From the NCBI GenBank assembly GCA_965248735.1, contig OZ252146.1, forward strand, positions 4,050,925-4,114,924: a stretch of 64,000 nucleotides of DNA, in the 5' to 3' direction. Below the pieces are notes generated by a model. It was not told the origin of the DNA, made no database searches, and saw only the letters and a program-made list of their open reading frames with translations. Made by a program: the position numbers and the translations under genes. Numbering within the stretch: position 1 is the stretch's first letter; each line of letters starts with the position of its first letter. Of the stretch, positions 53,666 through 62,490 are shown piece after piece. Source of the DNA: Candidatus Aldehydirespirator sp. (lineage in GTDB: Bacteria; Actinomycetota; Acidimicrobiia; Acidimicrobiales; Aldehydirespiratoraceae).

Positions 53666-56600
53666 TCACTGCTTGGGGGGTTTGCGGTTGGCGGGGGTGG
53701 GGGTTGGTAGGTCTTTGGCTGGGATCAACGGGCCGTTGACTATCTGGGCTAGGAGGGCGGCGGCTTTGGGGGTGACCTCGACGGTGTGCTCGATGATGGA
53801 CAGGAGGAGCAAGAGTTCGTTGGTCTGGTTCCAGCGGATGGGGCGGATGTCGTCCAGAGGGCTGGACTTCCTGCCCTTTCGTGTCTTCATTCGATAGCCG
53901 AGCCAGGAGCGCACGACTCTGAGGCCGGAGACCTCGAAGTTCCACGCGTCCTCGCTTACAGGGGCGAGGGCACCGGTGCCGACGGTGAGGGTCTCGGACT
54001 CGGAGTTGTAGTCGTAGTCGTTGGGCATGCCTTCTACTGGTCGGACCTCCTTGGCTCTTCCAGCGGGAAGGTGGGACGGGCCCTTGGGGGAGAAGCGCTC
54101 TCCCCAGGTGTGCCACCACAGGAGGTCGCGACCCAGCTCTACCGCCTGCTGGAACAGGTCGGGGTCGGCGGTGATCGGAATGTGGATCGGGCCTGCGGCT
54201 TCGGCCAGTGCTTCGTTGAAGCGGCTGTGGAAGGCGCTCGTCCCGCCCAGGGCGTACGCGTAGGCCAAGAGGTCCTCAGCAGCGGCCTCGATACCGAGCC
54301 CGTCGCTGAGAGCGACCAGCAGGCCGTCTGGGACGTTGGACTCCCCTCCCTTCTGGTCTCGGTAGAGCGGCATGACGTTCTTGGCGCCGAAGGACCCCCG
54401 GAAGTGGTCGAGATCGGGTACGTAGGGCGTCGCAGTGAGCGCTGGCCCTTGCCCGAGCTTGGTGGATGTCAGCGAGGTGAGAAACACCTGGTGAAGGCCG
54501 CGTGCGCCCCAGAGCTCCGGCCTAGGCCGGTCGGCCAAGCGGTTGTCGGCAACCATCCATTGCCGGTCGAAACTCCGGTAGCCGTAACGCTCGAAACCCT
54601 CTGGCTGATCGTCCTGATCAAGCTCCCGAAGCGTCCTCAGTCGAGGACCGGCTCCCAGCAAGCGGCCGGGGGTGCTTGTCGTAGTTCGAAAGCCGGTCTC
54701 CCTGAGCAGCGGTCCTCGGTGGCGAGACACCTCATGCACGAGCGTCCGCCATCGGCGTTCGAGCAAGCCCCTACTCTCGCCGATGGGCCATGTCCGCTTG
54801 AGCTGGCATCCGGAATGAACCCAAGGGAACAGCTCCGTGATCTCGGGCCAGTTGTTGTACTCATTCTCGCTGCGGGGCGTCATGCGATCGAGGCGCTTGC
54901 CGGGCACCTGCTTGGACACTTCGGCGAGGGTGGCCTTTTGCAAGCCGGCCAGCTTCTCCAACCGAGTGCCGGCGATCCTCAGGTAGCGAACCTCGCACTT
55001 CTCCGTGCGTTCTGATCCGGTGCGCACTCCCACTGCTATAGCAACGGGGGTCTGGATGTCGAAGATGTTCTCCTCCTTTAGGGCGCCACGGCCCTCACCT
55101 CCAAGGTCCACGATCCACAGCTCGTCGAAAGCACCCCGCAATAGGTGGCGCACTCCGCCCATGGAAACGCCGTCTAGGTACGAAGAGGCAGTGATGAAGG
55201 CCACGACTCCCGGGCCTTGCGGTAACTCGGTGGCCTGCCAAATGGCCCAGCGCCAGAAGTAGACGTAGTCGTTGTAGACGTTCTTGAGGTGGCCGCCGAG
55301 GCCCGCCTCCTTCATCGGCTTGGTCACCGCGTTGAGCAGTGGGGCCAGGCTCTCGGCTCCGTAGCGGACCACGCCGCCCTTTCGTCTGCCAGCAGTCCCG
55401 GCGGCGCGCTGTTCTCTGTCGTAGGGCGGGTTGCCGATCACTACCGTGAACCGCTCGGACTCCTTCAGCTTGGCCGCCCTTTCGCCCTCATCCGCGACGG
55501 GGTCGCTGATGGTGGCGAACTGGCCTTGGCGGGCCGCGTGCTCCAGCGTGTCGGTGAGGAGGATCTGCATGGCTCCGTCGCCCGCCCCGACATGGTGCAG
55601 TTCTAGGGCGACCTTGAGGTGGGCGATGGCGTAGGGGGCGAGCATCAGCTCGAAGGCGTGCATGGATGGCAGCAGGCGGTCTTGCAAGTGCTCGGGCCAT
55701 TCGCCGGGAGCGCCGGAGACCAGGAACGACTTGCGGGCCCGGCGCAGCCACTCCACCAGGAACGTTCCGGTGCCGGTAGCCGGGTCGACCATCGACACGA
55801 ACGGCTGGTCGGGATCGACGCCCTCGGGCACCTCGAAGCCTTGGCGCTCGGCAACCTCCTGCCAAGGCGCGGCGTCGGCTATGCCCATCGGTAGACCGAA
55901 TCGGGTCCGCAGCACCTCGTCGACGGCGCGCACGATGAACTCGACGGCGGGTTGTGGCGTGTAGAACGCGCCGGCGTCGGCACGCATCTTGCGGTCGTAC
56001 TGCTTGAGGAACTCCTCGTAGAAGTGGATGACGGGGTCGCCACCCTTGATGGTGGAGTCGATCTGGTCGAGGATGGCCTCGACATTGGTCTCGCGCAGGT
56101 CGGCGACGAGCTGGGGCAGGTCGCTGCCGGGCAGATCAAGCGACACAGCCTCGTCGTGGACCTGCTCGAACAGCGCCTCCAGGAACGGGTTGGCCACCGG
56201 CACCGTCGAGAAGATCGGCGACGACCCGAAGTCCTTCGGGTTGGTCACCCGGCTGCTGAGCATCCCGTACACCAGCGTCTGGGCGCACATATCGGCGAAG
56301 CTGTCGGCGTTGACATCGCTCACCAACTGGGTACGGATCTGCTCCATGAGCGCCGAGAACGGTCCCGAGCCGTTCTCAGCCCCCAGCGCCTCGCGTATCT
56401 GGGTGCGCAGGTCGCGGGCGGTTCTGGCCATGCGGTCGGCCAGGCGGGTCGAGTCCCTGATCGTCTGGCCGACCGGCAGCTTGAACGCCTCCCACCAGGC
56501 CTTGCGCCACGACTCGATGTCGCTGTCGTCGGTCGGCCAGGCCAGGCACGGCAGCAGCTCCTCGTTTAGGCGCTGGAGATGGCGCGGCGGAGCATGCGCC

Positions 56601-57082
56601 GGCCGCCACGCCAGCGACCGGAACTCCGCCGTCTGCGGATCGCTGCCCTGGAAGGCCAACAGGTGTATCTCTACGTCGTCACCAGTTCCGGTGATCACCA
56701 CGAACAGCAGGTCTGCGAGTGCCCAGGTCGGCCTGCTCGCCGCGCCGGCGGCGCGCTTCTTGGTTACCAGCCCTCGAAGCAGGCGACGGATCGGCGTGTA
56801 CCGCAGCCTCGGCCCGCTGAATTCCAGAAAGAACACGCCCCAGGGCTGGTTCACGGTCAACGGCCGCATCTGCTGCAGCCGCTTGAAGTCATTGAGCCGA
56901 TCCGCGGGTATGCCCAACTCGGCAGGATCCCAGTCGTAGGTGACGGCAGTGAGATCGTCGTCTTCCAGGTCGGGCAGTTCCAGGGGCCAACCCTGGTCGT
57001 CCACCAGGTACCGGAAGACCTGCGCGAAGGTGCGGATGCCGCGCATCGTCTCGGCGTAGTCCGCGGGGACGCTGGAGGCCAT
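53666..57082 (-). CDS. N6-adenine DNA methyltransferase with type-ISP-like C-terminal target-recognition/coupler domain
   Basis: Motif I VDPATGTGTFLVE, FYTP (motif X-like), motif IV IGNPPYDRE. The long C-terminal region (FDRQWMVADNRL..., NFEVSGLRVVRSWLGYRMK) resembles proteins annotated as type ISP restriction/modification enzymes. ATGA overlap with the helicase gene. Confidence 0.85.
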   Translation of the reverse strand: MASSVPADYAETMRGIRTFAQVFRYLVDDQGWPLELPDLEDDDLTAVTYDWDPAELGIPADRLNDFKRLQQMRPLTVNQPWGVFFLEFSGPRLRYTPIRRLLRGLVTKKRAAGAASRPTWALADLLFVVITGTGDDVEIHLLAFQGSDPQTAEFRSLAWRPAHAPPRHLQRLNEELLPCLAWPTDDSDIESWRKAWWEAFKLPVGQTIRDSTRLADRMARTARDLRTQIREALGAENGSGPFSALMEQIRTQLVSDVNADSFADMCAQTLVYGMLSSRVTNPKDFGSSPIFSTVPVANPFLEALFEQVHDEAVSLDLPGSDLPQLVADLRETNVEAILDQIDSTIKGGDPVIHFYEEFLKQYDRKMRADAGAFYTPQPAVEFIVRAVDEVLRTRFGLPMGIADAAPWQEVAERQGFEVPEGVDPDQPFVSMVDPATGTGTFLVEWLRRARKSFLVSGAPGEWPEHLQDRLLPSMHAFELMLAPYAIAHLKVALELHHVGAGDGAMQILLTDTLEHAARQGQFATISDPVADEGERAAKLKESERFTVVIGNPPYDREQRAAGTAGRRKGGVVRYGAESLAPLLNAVTKPMKEAGLGGHLKNVYNDYVYFWRWAIWQATELPQGPGVVAFITASSYLDGVSMGGVRHLLRGAFDELWIVDLGGEGRGALKEENIFDIQTPVAIAVGVRTGSERTEKCEVRYLRIAGTRLEKLAGLQKATLAEVSKQVPGKRLDRMTPRSENEYNNWPEITELFPWVHSGCQLKRTWPIGESRGLLERRWRTLVHEVSRHRGPLLRETGFRTTTSTPGRLLGAGPRLRTLRELDQDDQPEGFERYGYRSFDRQWMVADNRLADRPRPELWGARGLHQVFLTSLTSTKLGQGPALTATPYVPDLDHFRGSFGAKNVMPLYRDQKGGESNVPDGLLVALSDGLGIEAAAEDLLAYAYALGGTSAFHSRFNEALAEAAGPIHIPITADPDLFQQAVELGRDLLWWHTWGERFSPKGPSHLPAGRAKEVRPVEGMPNDYDYNSESETLTVGTGALAPVSEDAWNFEVSGLRVVRSWLGYRMKTRKGRKSSPLDDIRPIRWNQTNELLLLLSIIEHTVEVTPKAAALLAQIVNGPLIPAKDLPTPTPANRKPPKQ

Positions 57083-60000
57083 CAGTTCAGCTCCATCCAG
57101 CAGCGCAACTGAGGATCCGGCGCGTCCATGGGGGCGTTGACCCGCTTGAGGTACGTGTCGCGCACAAGGCGCAGAACCTTGTCGCGCACCTGCTTGAGGG
57201 TGGCGCGCTCAGTGGTGCAGCGCCGGGGGGTGTTGGGCTTCGAGCGGATGCTCTCGATGATGTCACCGGGCGACTCAACGATTGAGTCCTCGCCCATGTC
57301 GTAGAGGTACCAGCGGGTGGGGCCGGCCTCCAGCGTGAACGCGCCGCTCTGCGCGTCCAATGCGGGAAGCGAGTAGCAGAAGAACACGCCGCGGGCACCC
57401 TTGGCGAGTTTGCGGCGGCCCGAGAACACCGAGCCGGGCAAGGCGTCCAAGCGCTCGGCCAGGTCGGGGTGGCGCTTGAGCAGGGCCTGATACTCCAAGT
57501 GCATCTCCTCGGCGGCGGTCCTGGTCCCCTCGTAGCTGGCGTTGAACTCGCGCAGCGGGTCGTAGGCGTCGTCGGGGCGCAGCAGCTTGCGGCCCTCGAT
57601 GCCGAGAGTATGGGAGATCAGCAGCGTCTTGCCCGCGACCTTTTCATACAGCTCAAGGATCCTCTCGAGCTCGTCGGGAGGCAGGAAGTTCCAGAACCGC
57701 ACAGTGCCGCGCTCTGCCGCCTTCTCGGGGTGGTCGACGGCCAGGCGCTGCTCCACGTCGGGGCTCATGCGACGGTCCACACGACCGATGCGCTGCATGA
57801 GCCGCACCGGGTTCCAGTGAAGGTCGTAGTTGACGAGCCTGGTGGCGTCTTGGAGGTTGAGCCCCTCCGACAGCACGTCGGTGGAGACCAGCACCCGGAT
57901 CTCGTGGAGGCCGTCGGCGGCGAGCTCCGCTGTGCTGCTGGCGTTGTAGTAGGGCGAGAACCGGCGGATCACCTCGGCACGGTCCACCTTGGAGCCGCTA
58001 TCTATGCGGACGAGGCCGTCGACGCCTGCGGCGCGCAGGTGGGACTCCACGTAGCGGGCGGTGTCGGCGAATTCGGTGAACACCAGCACCTTGCGACCAG
58101 CCAGGTCCTTCGTGCGCAGCAGCCGGACCAGCTTGCGCACCTTGTCGTCCTGCTCCGGCGTCAGCCGACTGGCGGCGTCGAGGAAGCGGGCGATCTCGTC
58201 GAGGTCCTCGAACGTCTTGTCGAGTATGGCCGCCACGTCGTAGTCGCTGCGGGACAGCTCGGTCACCGCTTCCAGCAGCTCGGGCGGGATCACGTCCTCG
58301 TCTGCGTCGTCCTCGTCCGCTTCGCCGGTGCCGTCGAGATCGAGGCCGAGCTGGACCTCGGGCCGGAAACCGAGCACGGCCGCGTGTCGACGCGTCCAGG
58401 CGTCGAAACGGTCGCGCTCAGCGCCCGGCTCGCTGTGGACCTCCACGAAGGCCAGCAGCTTGCGCATCAGCCGGTCCAGCGACTTCTCGAAGGCGTACAC
58501 CGAGCTCTCGAAACGCTTGAGGAACATCGTGCGGATCAGGCCCACCACCTGGCGCTGGCGGTTCTCCTCCACGGGATTGATGTCGTCGGGGCCGACGTAG
58601 TAGGCCAGCGGGTAGTAGATCGAGAGCGAGAACAGAGGCTGCTGGCGCCGGAAGGCCTTGTCGAACATGTCGAGCACTTCCCGATACGACGAGCGGATCG
58701 AGTACTCGGCCACCTGTGGCGGCTTGCGCTCGGGGAACGCGGTCGACTCGCCGCGTTGCTGGATCTGGCTGGCCTTCGCATAGGACCGGCTGCGCTGCAC
58801 GACCAGCGCCTTGAACACCTCGTCCGCGGCGAGCGCCTCTTGGGCTTCGGGGGTCATCCCCTCCGCGAAGGCTGAGCCGACGGCGTCGGTTGTCACCCCG
58901 CCGCCACGGGCAAGAGCGCTCTGAAGGACTCGCTCCATCACGTTGAAATGGCCCGAGAGGTTGTTCACGCCGAGGCTGCGGGCGAAGAAGGCCTCGTCGC
59001 CTCGGGTGAACAGCTCGGCCATGTGCCGGAAGTCGGCCAGACGGTTGTTGACCGGGGTGGCGGTGAGCAGGAACATCAGCTTGGGCCGGACCGAGCCGTC
59101 CAGCATGTCGAACAGGCGCCAGTAGCGCGAGCGGCGGTCCTGCCCGTCGTCGCCGGGGCCGGTCCTGCCGCCGAGGCCGCGTCCCCCGTCGGCGGTGTCG
59201 TCGCCTCGGCTGCCGCGGTTGCGGAAATGGTGGGCCTCATCGACGATCACCGCGTCGGCCAGGTCGGTGATGCGCCGGAACCGCTCCGGGAAGTCGTTGC
59301 CTCGCCCGAGGTCGGTGTGGCTGAACACGCTGAGGCTGGAGAAGTCCGCACCCCCACCGACGCCGCCGATGTGGGGCAGCCACCGGCGCAGATGCGGCTC
59401 CCAAACGCCCTCGCGGGCCGCCTTGGGAGCGAACAGCACCACCCGCTTGTTCTCGTGCAGCACGAGCCGCTCGATCAACATAAGCCCCACGAACGTCTTG
59501 CCCAAGCCCACCCCGTCGCACAGGAAGGCCCCGCCGTGCTGGCGGCAGATCTTCATCAGCGACCAGTACGCCTCCTGCTGGTAGCGATCGAGTTGGCCGA
59601 ACATGCGCGACTGCGACTCGTCCCACTCCCCCGCAGTGAGTTCACGGCCCCGGAAGAACTCGTGAAGCGCTCGGGTGTACACGTCGAACGGTGTGAACTC
59701 GGCGGTGTGGCGGGTGATGGCCCGCAGCACATCGGTGGTGACGTCCTCCGCCGCGGCCCAGTGCGTCTCGAACCAGTCCTGGAGTTGGGCGACCTCGCGG
59801 CCGCTCTGCACCTGGATGTTCAACTCGACGTTGCGGGTCAGCCCCGGCTTGGTGAAGTTGCTCGATCCCACCAGCGCCTGCGCTCCCACTACATCGAACT
59901 TGGCGTGGGTGATGTATGCCTTGGCGTGGAACTTGTTCCGCCGGTAAACCCGACACTCGATCCGGCCCTCAGCGATGGCCTCCACCACGGCCTCTACACC

Positions 60001-60306
60001 CTCCAGGAACGGGTTCGGGCCCTTCTCGTGCTCCAGACTGTCATCGAGTCGGCCAACTCGTTGGCGCAGCGCCTCCTTGAAGACCTTGTGTGTTTGCAGC
60101 GACACCTCGTCGCCCATCAACAGGCGGATCTTCTCAAGCTGCTGCCACTTGCCGTCAAGAGCCAGCAGCGCCCCGATCTCGAAGAACCCGGTGGCGATGT
60201 CGAATGATCGGGCCAGGTCGCTCCACTGGCGCAGGTACTCGAGACCCGTCCAGCCCGACACGCTGTTGTCGACGATGAACAGGTCTCCGCCGCCCGCTTC
60301 GCTCAC
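57082..60306 (-). CDS. PLD-family nuclease domain fused to SNF2-family helicase
   Basis: HKD motif FHAKAYITHAKFD..GSSNFT. SNF2 motif I LCDGVGLGKTF and motif II VIVDEAHHFRN. Helicase C LVSTDVLSEGLNLQD and WNPVRLMQRIGRVDR. Confidence 0.9.
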   Translation of the reverse strand: MSEAGGGDLFIVDNSVSGWTGLEYLRQWSDLARSFDIATGFFEIGALLALDGKWQQLEKIRLLMGDEVSLQTHKVFKEALRQRVGRLDDSLEHEKGPNPFLEGVEAVVEAIAEGRIECRVYRRNKFHAKAYITHAKFDVVGAQALVGSSNFTKPGLTRNVELNIQVQSGREVAQLQDWFETHWAAAEDVTTDVLRAITRHTAEFTPFDVYTRALHEFFRGRELTAGEWDESQSRMFGQLDRYQQEAYWSLMKICRQHGGAFLCDGVGLGKTFVGLMLIERLVLHENKRVVLFAPKAAREGVWEPHLRRWLPHIGGVGGGADFSSLSVFSHTDLGRGNDFPERFRRITDLADAVIVDEAHHFRNRGSRGDDTADGGRGLGGRTGPGDDGQDRRSRYWRLFDMLDGSVRPKLMFLLTATPVNNRLADFRHMAELFTRGDEAFFARSLGVNNLSGHFNVMERVLQSALARGGGVTTDAVGSAFAEGMTPEAQEALAADEVFKALVVQRSRSYAKASQIQQRGESTAFPERKPPQVAEYSIRSSYREVLDMFDKAFRRQQPLFSLSIYYPLAYYVGPDDINPVEENRQRQVVGLIRTMFLKRFESSVYAFEKSLDRLMRKLLAFVEVHSEPGAERDRFDAWTRRHAAVLGFRPEVQLGLDLDGTGEADEDDADEDVIPPELLEAVTELSRSDYDVAAILDKTFEDLDEIARFLDAASRLTPEQDDKVRKLVRLLRTKDLAGRKVLVFTEFADTARYVESHLRAAGVDGLVRIDSGSKVDRAEVIRRFSPYYNASSTAELAADGLHEIRVLVSTDVLSEGLNLQDATRLVNYDLHWNPVRLMQRIGRVDRRMSPDVEQRLAVDHPEKAAERGTVRFWNFLPPDELERILELYEKVAGKTLLISHTLGIEGRKLLRPDDAYDPLREFNASYEGTRTAAEEMHLEYQALLKRHPDLAERLDALPGSVFSGRRKLAKGARGVFFCYSLPALDAQSGAFTLEAGPTRWYLYDMGEDSIVESPGDIIESIRSKPNTPRRCTTERATLKQVRDKVLRLVRDTYLKRVNAPMDAPDPQLRCWMELN

Positions 60307-60373
60307 ATGACAGACCGTACCCCGCAGCTACGAGACACCCGCGGGAATCGTGGCAGTTGGGATCGCTGGCGGG

Positions 60374-60646
60374 TTAGTCGGTCGTGGCGGGCTTCGTACT
60401 CTGTTCGCCAAGTGCCTTGGAATGGTCCTGCGCGTCGGCATGGTTCCCAGCCAAGGCCGCGCCGGGTGCCTCTGAGGCAGCGGCCGCGGGCATGCCGACG
60501 TCCAGGAACCCCTCAATCCGGGCCAGCCGCTGCTCCACGCTGTCCAGGCGGTCGCGTAGCTTGTCGGTAATTCGCTGCTGGTGCCAGATAATGGCCAGCA
60601 CAGCCAGCGCCACCGTCACTATCTGCGTGACCGCGTTGAGATCCAC
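60374..60646 (-). CDS. Small single-TM protein, paralog 2 (WHQQR...RIEGFL motif)
   Basis: 90 aa: N-terminal TM IVTVALAVLAIIW, then HQQR...RLARIEGFLDVGMP, then a disordered tail. 68 nt upstream of the helicase gene. Confidence 0.5.
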   Translation of the reverse strand: MDLNAVTQIVTVALAVLAIIWHQQRITDKLRDRLDSVEQRLARIEGFLDVGMPAAAASEAPGAALAGNHADAQDHSKALGEQSTKPATTD

Positions 60647-60654
60647 GACTACGT

Positions 60655-60903
60655 CTAGTCCTGCTCGTCGGGCCTGCTGGGCCGGCTTGTCGTGCTTGCA
60701 GGGTCTGCCACCAGAAACGCTCCGGCCGTTCCCGTCGAGGAGGCCAGCGGCATCCCTATGCCCAGGTAGCCCTCGATTCGGACCAAACGCTCACCGTTCT
60801 CACCAAGCCGCTTCAGAATTGCACGCTGCTGGTGCCAGAGCATGGCCAGCATCGCCATGAACGGCATCGCGAAGGCTGTGAGCACGGCGGCATCTGCATC
60901 CAC
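60655..60903 (-). CDS. Small single-TM protein, paralog 1 (WHQQR...RIEGYL motif)
   Basis: 82 aa, GTG start: TM FAMPFMAMLAMLW, then HQQR...RLVRIEGYLGIGMP, then a disordered tail. 8-nt gap to paralog 2. An AT-rich promoter-like region lies upstream (60904-60975). Confidence 0.5.
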   Translation of the reverse strand: MDADAAVLTAFAMPFMAMLAMLWHQQRAILKRLGENGERLVRIEGYLGIGMPLASSTGTAGAFLVADPASTTSRPSRPDEQD

Positions 60904-60975
60904 AACTCAAATCTAGCGAGATTCGAGCTGTCTTGCAATTCAACAACATGAAACTTATTGATCTGTTGTCTCGAT

Positions 60976-62433
60976 TCAGGCTCGCATGCGGTCGCCGTCG
61001 GGGTCCCATAGGCAGCCCGACACCAGCGTCGCTCTCCGGCGGGTGCCGACTAGCTCTATCTCGAAGCGGCCCGTCGACTCGGCCAACTCCGCGGGGACGT
61101 AGCCCATGGCTACCGACGCGTCGCTGTGGTGGGCGTAGCCGCCTGACGTGACCCAGCCCACGACCTCGCCATCGTGCCACACCGGCTCGTCGCCGATGAC
61201 GTCGACCGCCTCGTCGCCCTCGCCGGTCTCGACGGTCCAGGTGCAGAGCCGCAGGCCGGTCGCCGCTACCCCGCCATCGGGGCCGGTCTCGCCGTGCTTG
61301 GCCAGCGCGTCGCGGCCCACGAAGTCCTTCTCCATGCGCACGAAGCGGCCCAGGCCGGCCTCGAACGGGTCGTAGTCGGGCCGGTACTCCCGGGCCCAGG
61401 ACCCGAACCCCTTCTCCAGGCGTAGCGAGTTCAGCGCGTGCAGCCCGAACAGCTCCAGCCCGTGCGCGGCCCCCGCGGACCGCAGGAGGTCGAACACGTA
61501 GCGCTGGTAGCGAGCCAGCATCCACAGCTCGTAGCCCAGGTCTCCGGTGAAGCTGATGCGCCCGCACCACACCGGGGCCAGGCCCACATCCATCTCACCG
61601 AACGCCATAAACCTCATGCCGTGCGCCGACACATCAGCGTCGGTGACGTCGGCCAGCAGTGCCCTCGACGCAGGCCCGGCGATGGCCAGACCGCACATCT
61701 CCGCCCCCAGCGTCCGGTAGCTCACCGATCCGTCCTCGGGCAGGTGGGCGTCGAACCAGCGCTCGTAGTAGCGCTCGGCGACACCGGAGCCGAACAGCAC
61801 GAACCGCTCGCCGTCGCGCACGTTGGCCGTGACCCCACCGACCACGGTGCCCGCGGGCCCCTCGGCCCGCCCCGGCGCGGCCAGCAGGCAGGCCACGGTC
61901 AGGTCGCCGATGAGGTTGCCCGCCGGATTGGTCATCGGCGTGAGCGCCATGCGGCCCGGCATCGGGATCCGCCCCGCCAGCAGCCGGTCGAGCCATGCCC
62001 TGGTCCCCGGTCCCTCCACCAGGAACTTGGCGAAACCGGTGGTCTCGATCAGGCAGACGCCGGCCCGCACTGCCAGCGTCTCGGCCCGCACCCGGCTCCA
62101 AGCGTTGGAGCGCCCGAAGGTGACCTCCTCGATCGGCTCAAGGCCCGGAGCCTGGAACCACAGCGCCGACTCCAGGCCGAAGGCGTCACCGAACACGGCA
62201 TTGGCCTCCACCAGCCGGTCATAGATCGGCGACGTCTGCACGCCGCGCCCCGCGGGCAGGAACTCGTTGGGGAACGTGATCCGAAACCGGCGCGAGTAGT
62301 TCTCCCGCACCTTGGTGTTGGTGTAGGTGAGCGTGGCGTGGTCGGGCCAGAACGCTGCCAATTCGCCCCCAGCGAACGCCTCCCCACCGAACTGGCAGCA
62401 AGACACCACCCATAGGGGCCAGAACGCTGCCAA
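60976..62433 (-). CDS. GcvT-type aminomethyltransferase (folate-binding) protein; looks like the C-terminal two-thirds of a dimethylglycine/sarcosine-dehydrogenase-type gene
   Basis: The central-domain-like YSRRFRITFPNEFLPAGRGVQTSPIYDRLVEANAVFG is followed by GCV_T motifs (FAKFLVEGPG, GDLGYELW, LRLEKGF) and a C-terminal barrel. No FAD/DAO domain. The first ~30 codons are encoded by REP-like repeats, so the true start is probably downstream of 62345. Confidence 0.7.
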   Translation of the reverse strand: MAAFWPLWVVSCCQFGGEAFAGGELAAFWPDHATLTYTNTKVRENYSRRFRITFPNEFLPAGRGVQTSPIYDRLVEANAVFGDAFGLESALWFQAPGLEPIEEVTFGRSNAWSRVRAETLAVRAGVCLIETTGFAKFLVEGPGTRAWLDRLLAGRIPMPGRMALTPMTNPAGNLIGDLTVACLLAAPGRAEGPAGTVVGGVTANVRDGERFVLFGSGVAERYYERWFDAHLPEDGSVSYRTLGAEMCGLAIAGPASRALLADVTDADVSAHGMRFMAFGEMDVGLAPVWCGRISFTGDLGYELWMLARYQRYVFDLLRSAGAAHGLELFGLHALNSLRLEKGFGSWAREYRPDYDPFEAGLGRFVRMEKDFVGRDALAKHGETGPDGGVAATGLRLCTWTVETGEGDEAVDVIGDEPVWHDGEVVGWVTSGGYAHHSDASVAMGYVPAELAESTGRFEIELVGTRRRATLVSGCLWDPDGDRMRA

Positions 62434-62455
62434 TTCGCCTCCAGCGAACGCCTCC
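62346..62455 (+). repeat. Two 38-nt direct repeats GGCCAGAACGCTGCCAATTCGCCYCCAGCGAACGCCTCC (71-nt period)
   Basis: Direct reading: copies at 62346-62383 and 62417-62455. Both contain the reverse complement of the GAATTGGCAGCG motif seen at 32766-32813. Confidence 0.85.
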
Positions 62456-62490
62456 GCTGGGACACGGTGGAACTCACGGCGGCGTGAGGT

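Noticed and set aside
53666-60306. Classification as DISARM or BREX
   Set aside because: DISARM needs DrmA (helicase with DUF1998 partner DrmB). BREX needs PglZ/BrxC/BrxL. None of these is present anywhere in the window, and only the SNF2/PLD/N6-methyltransferase components overlap.
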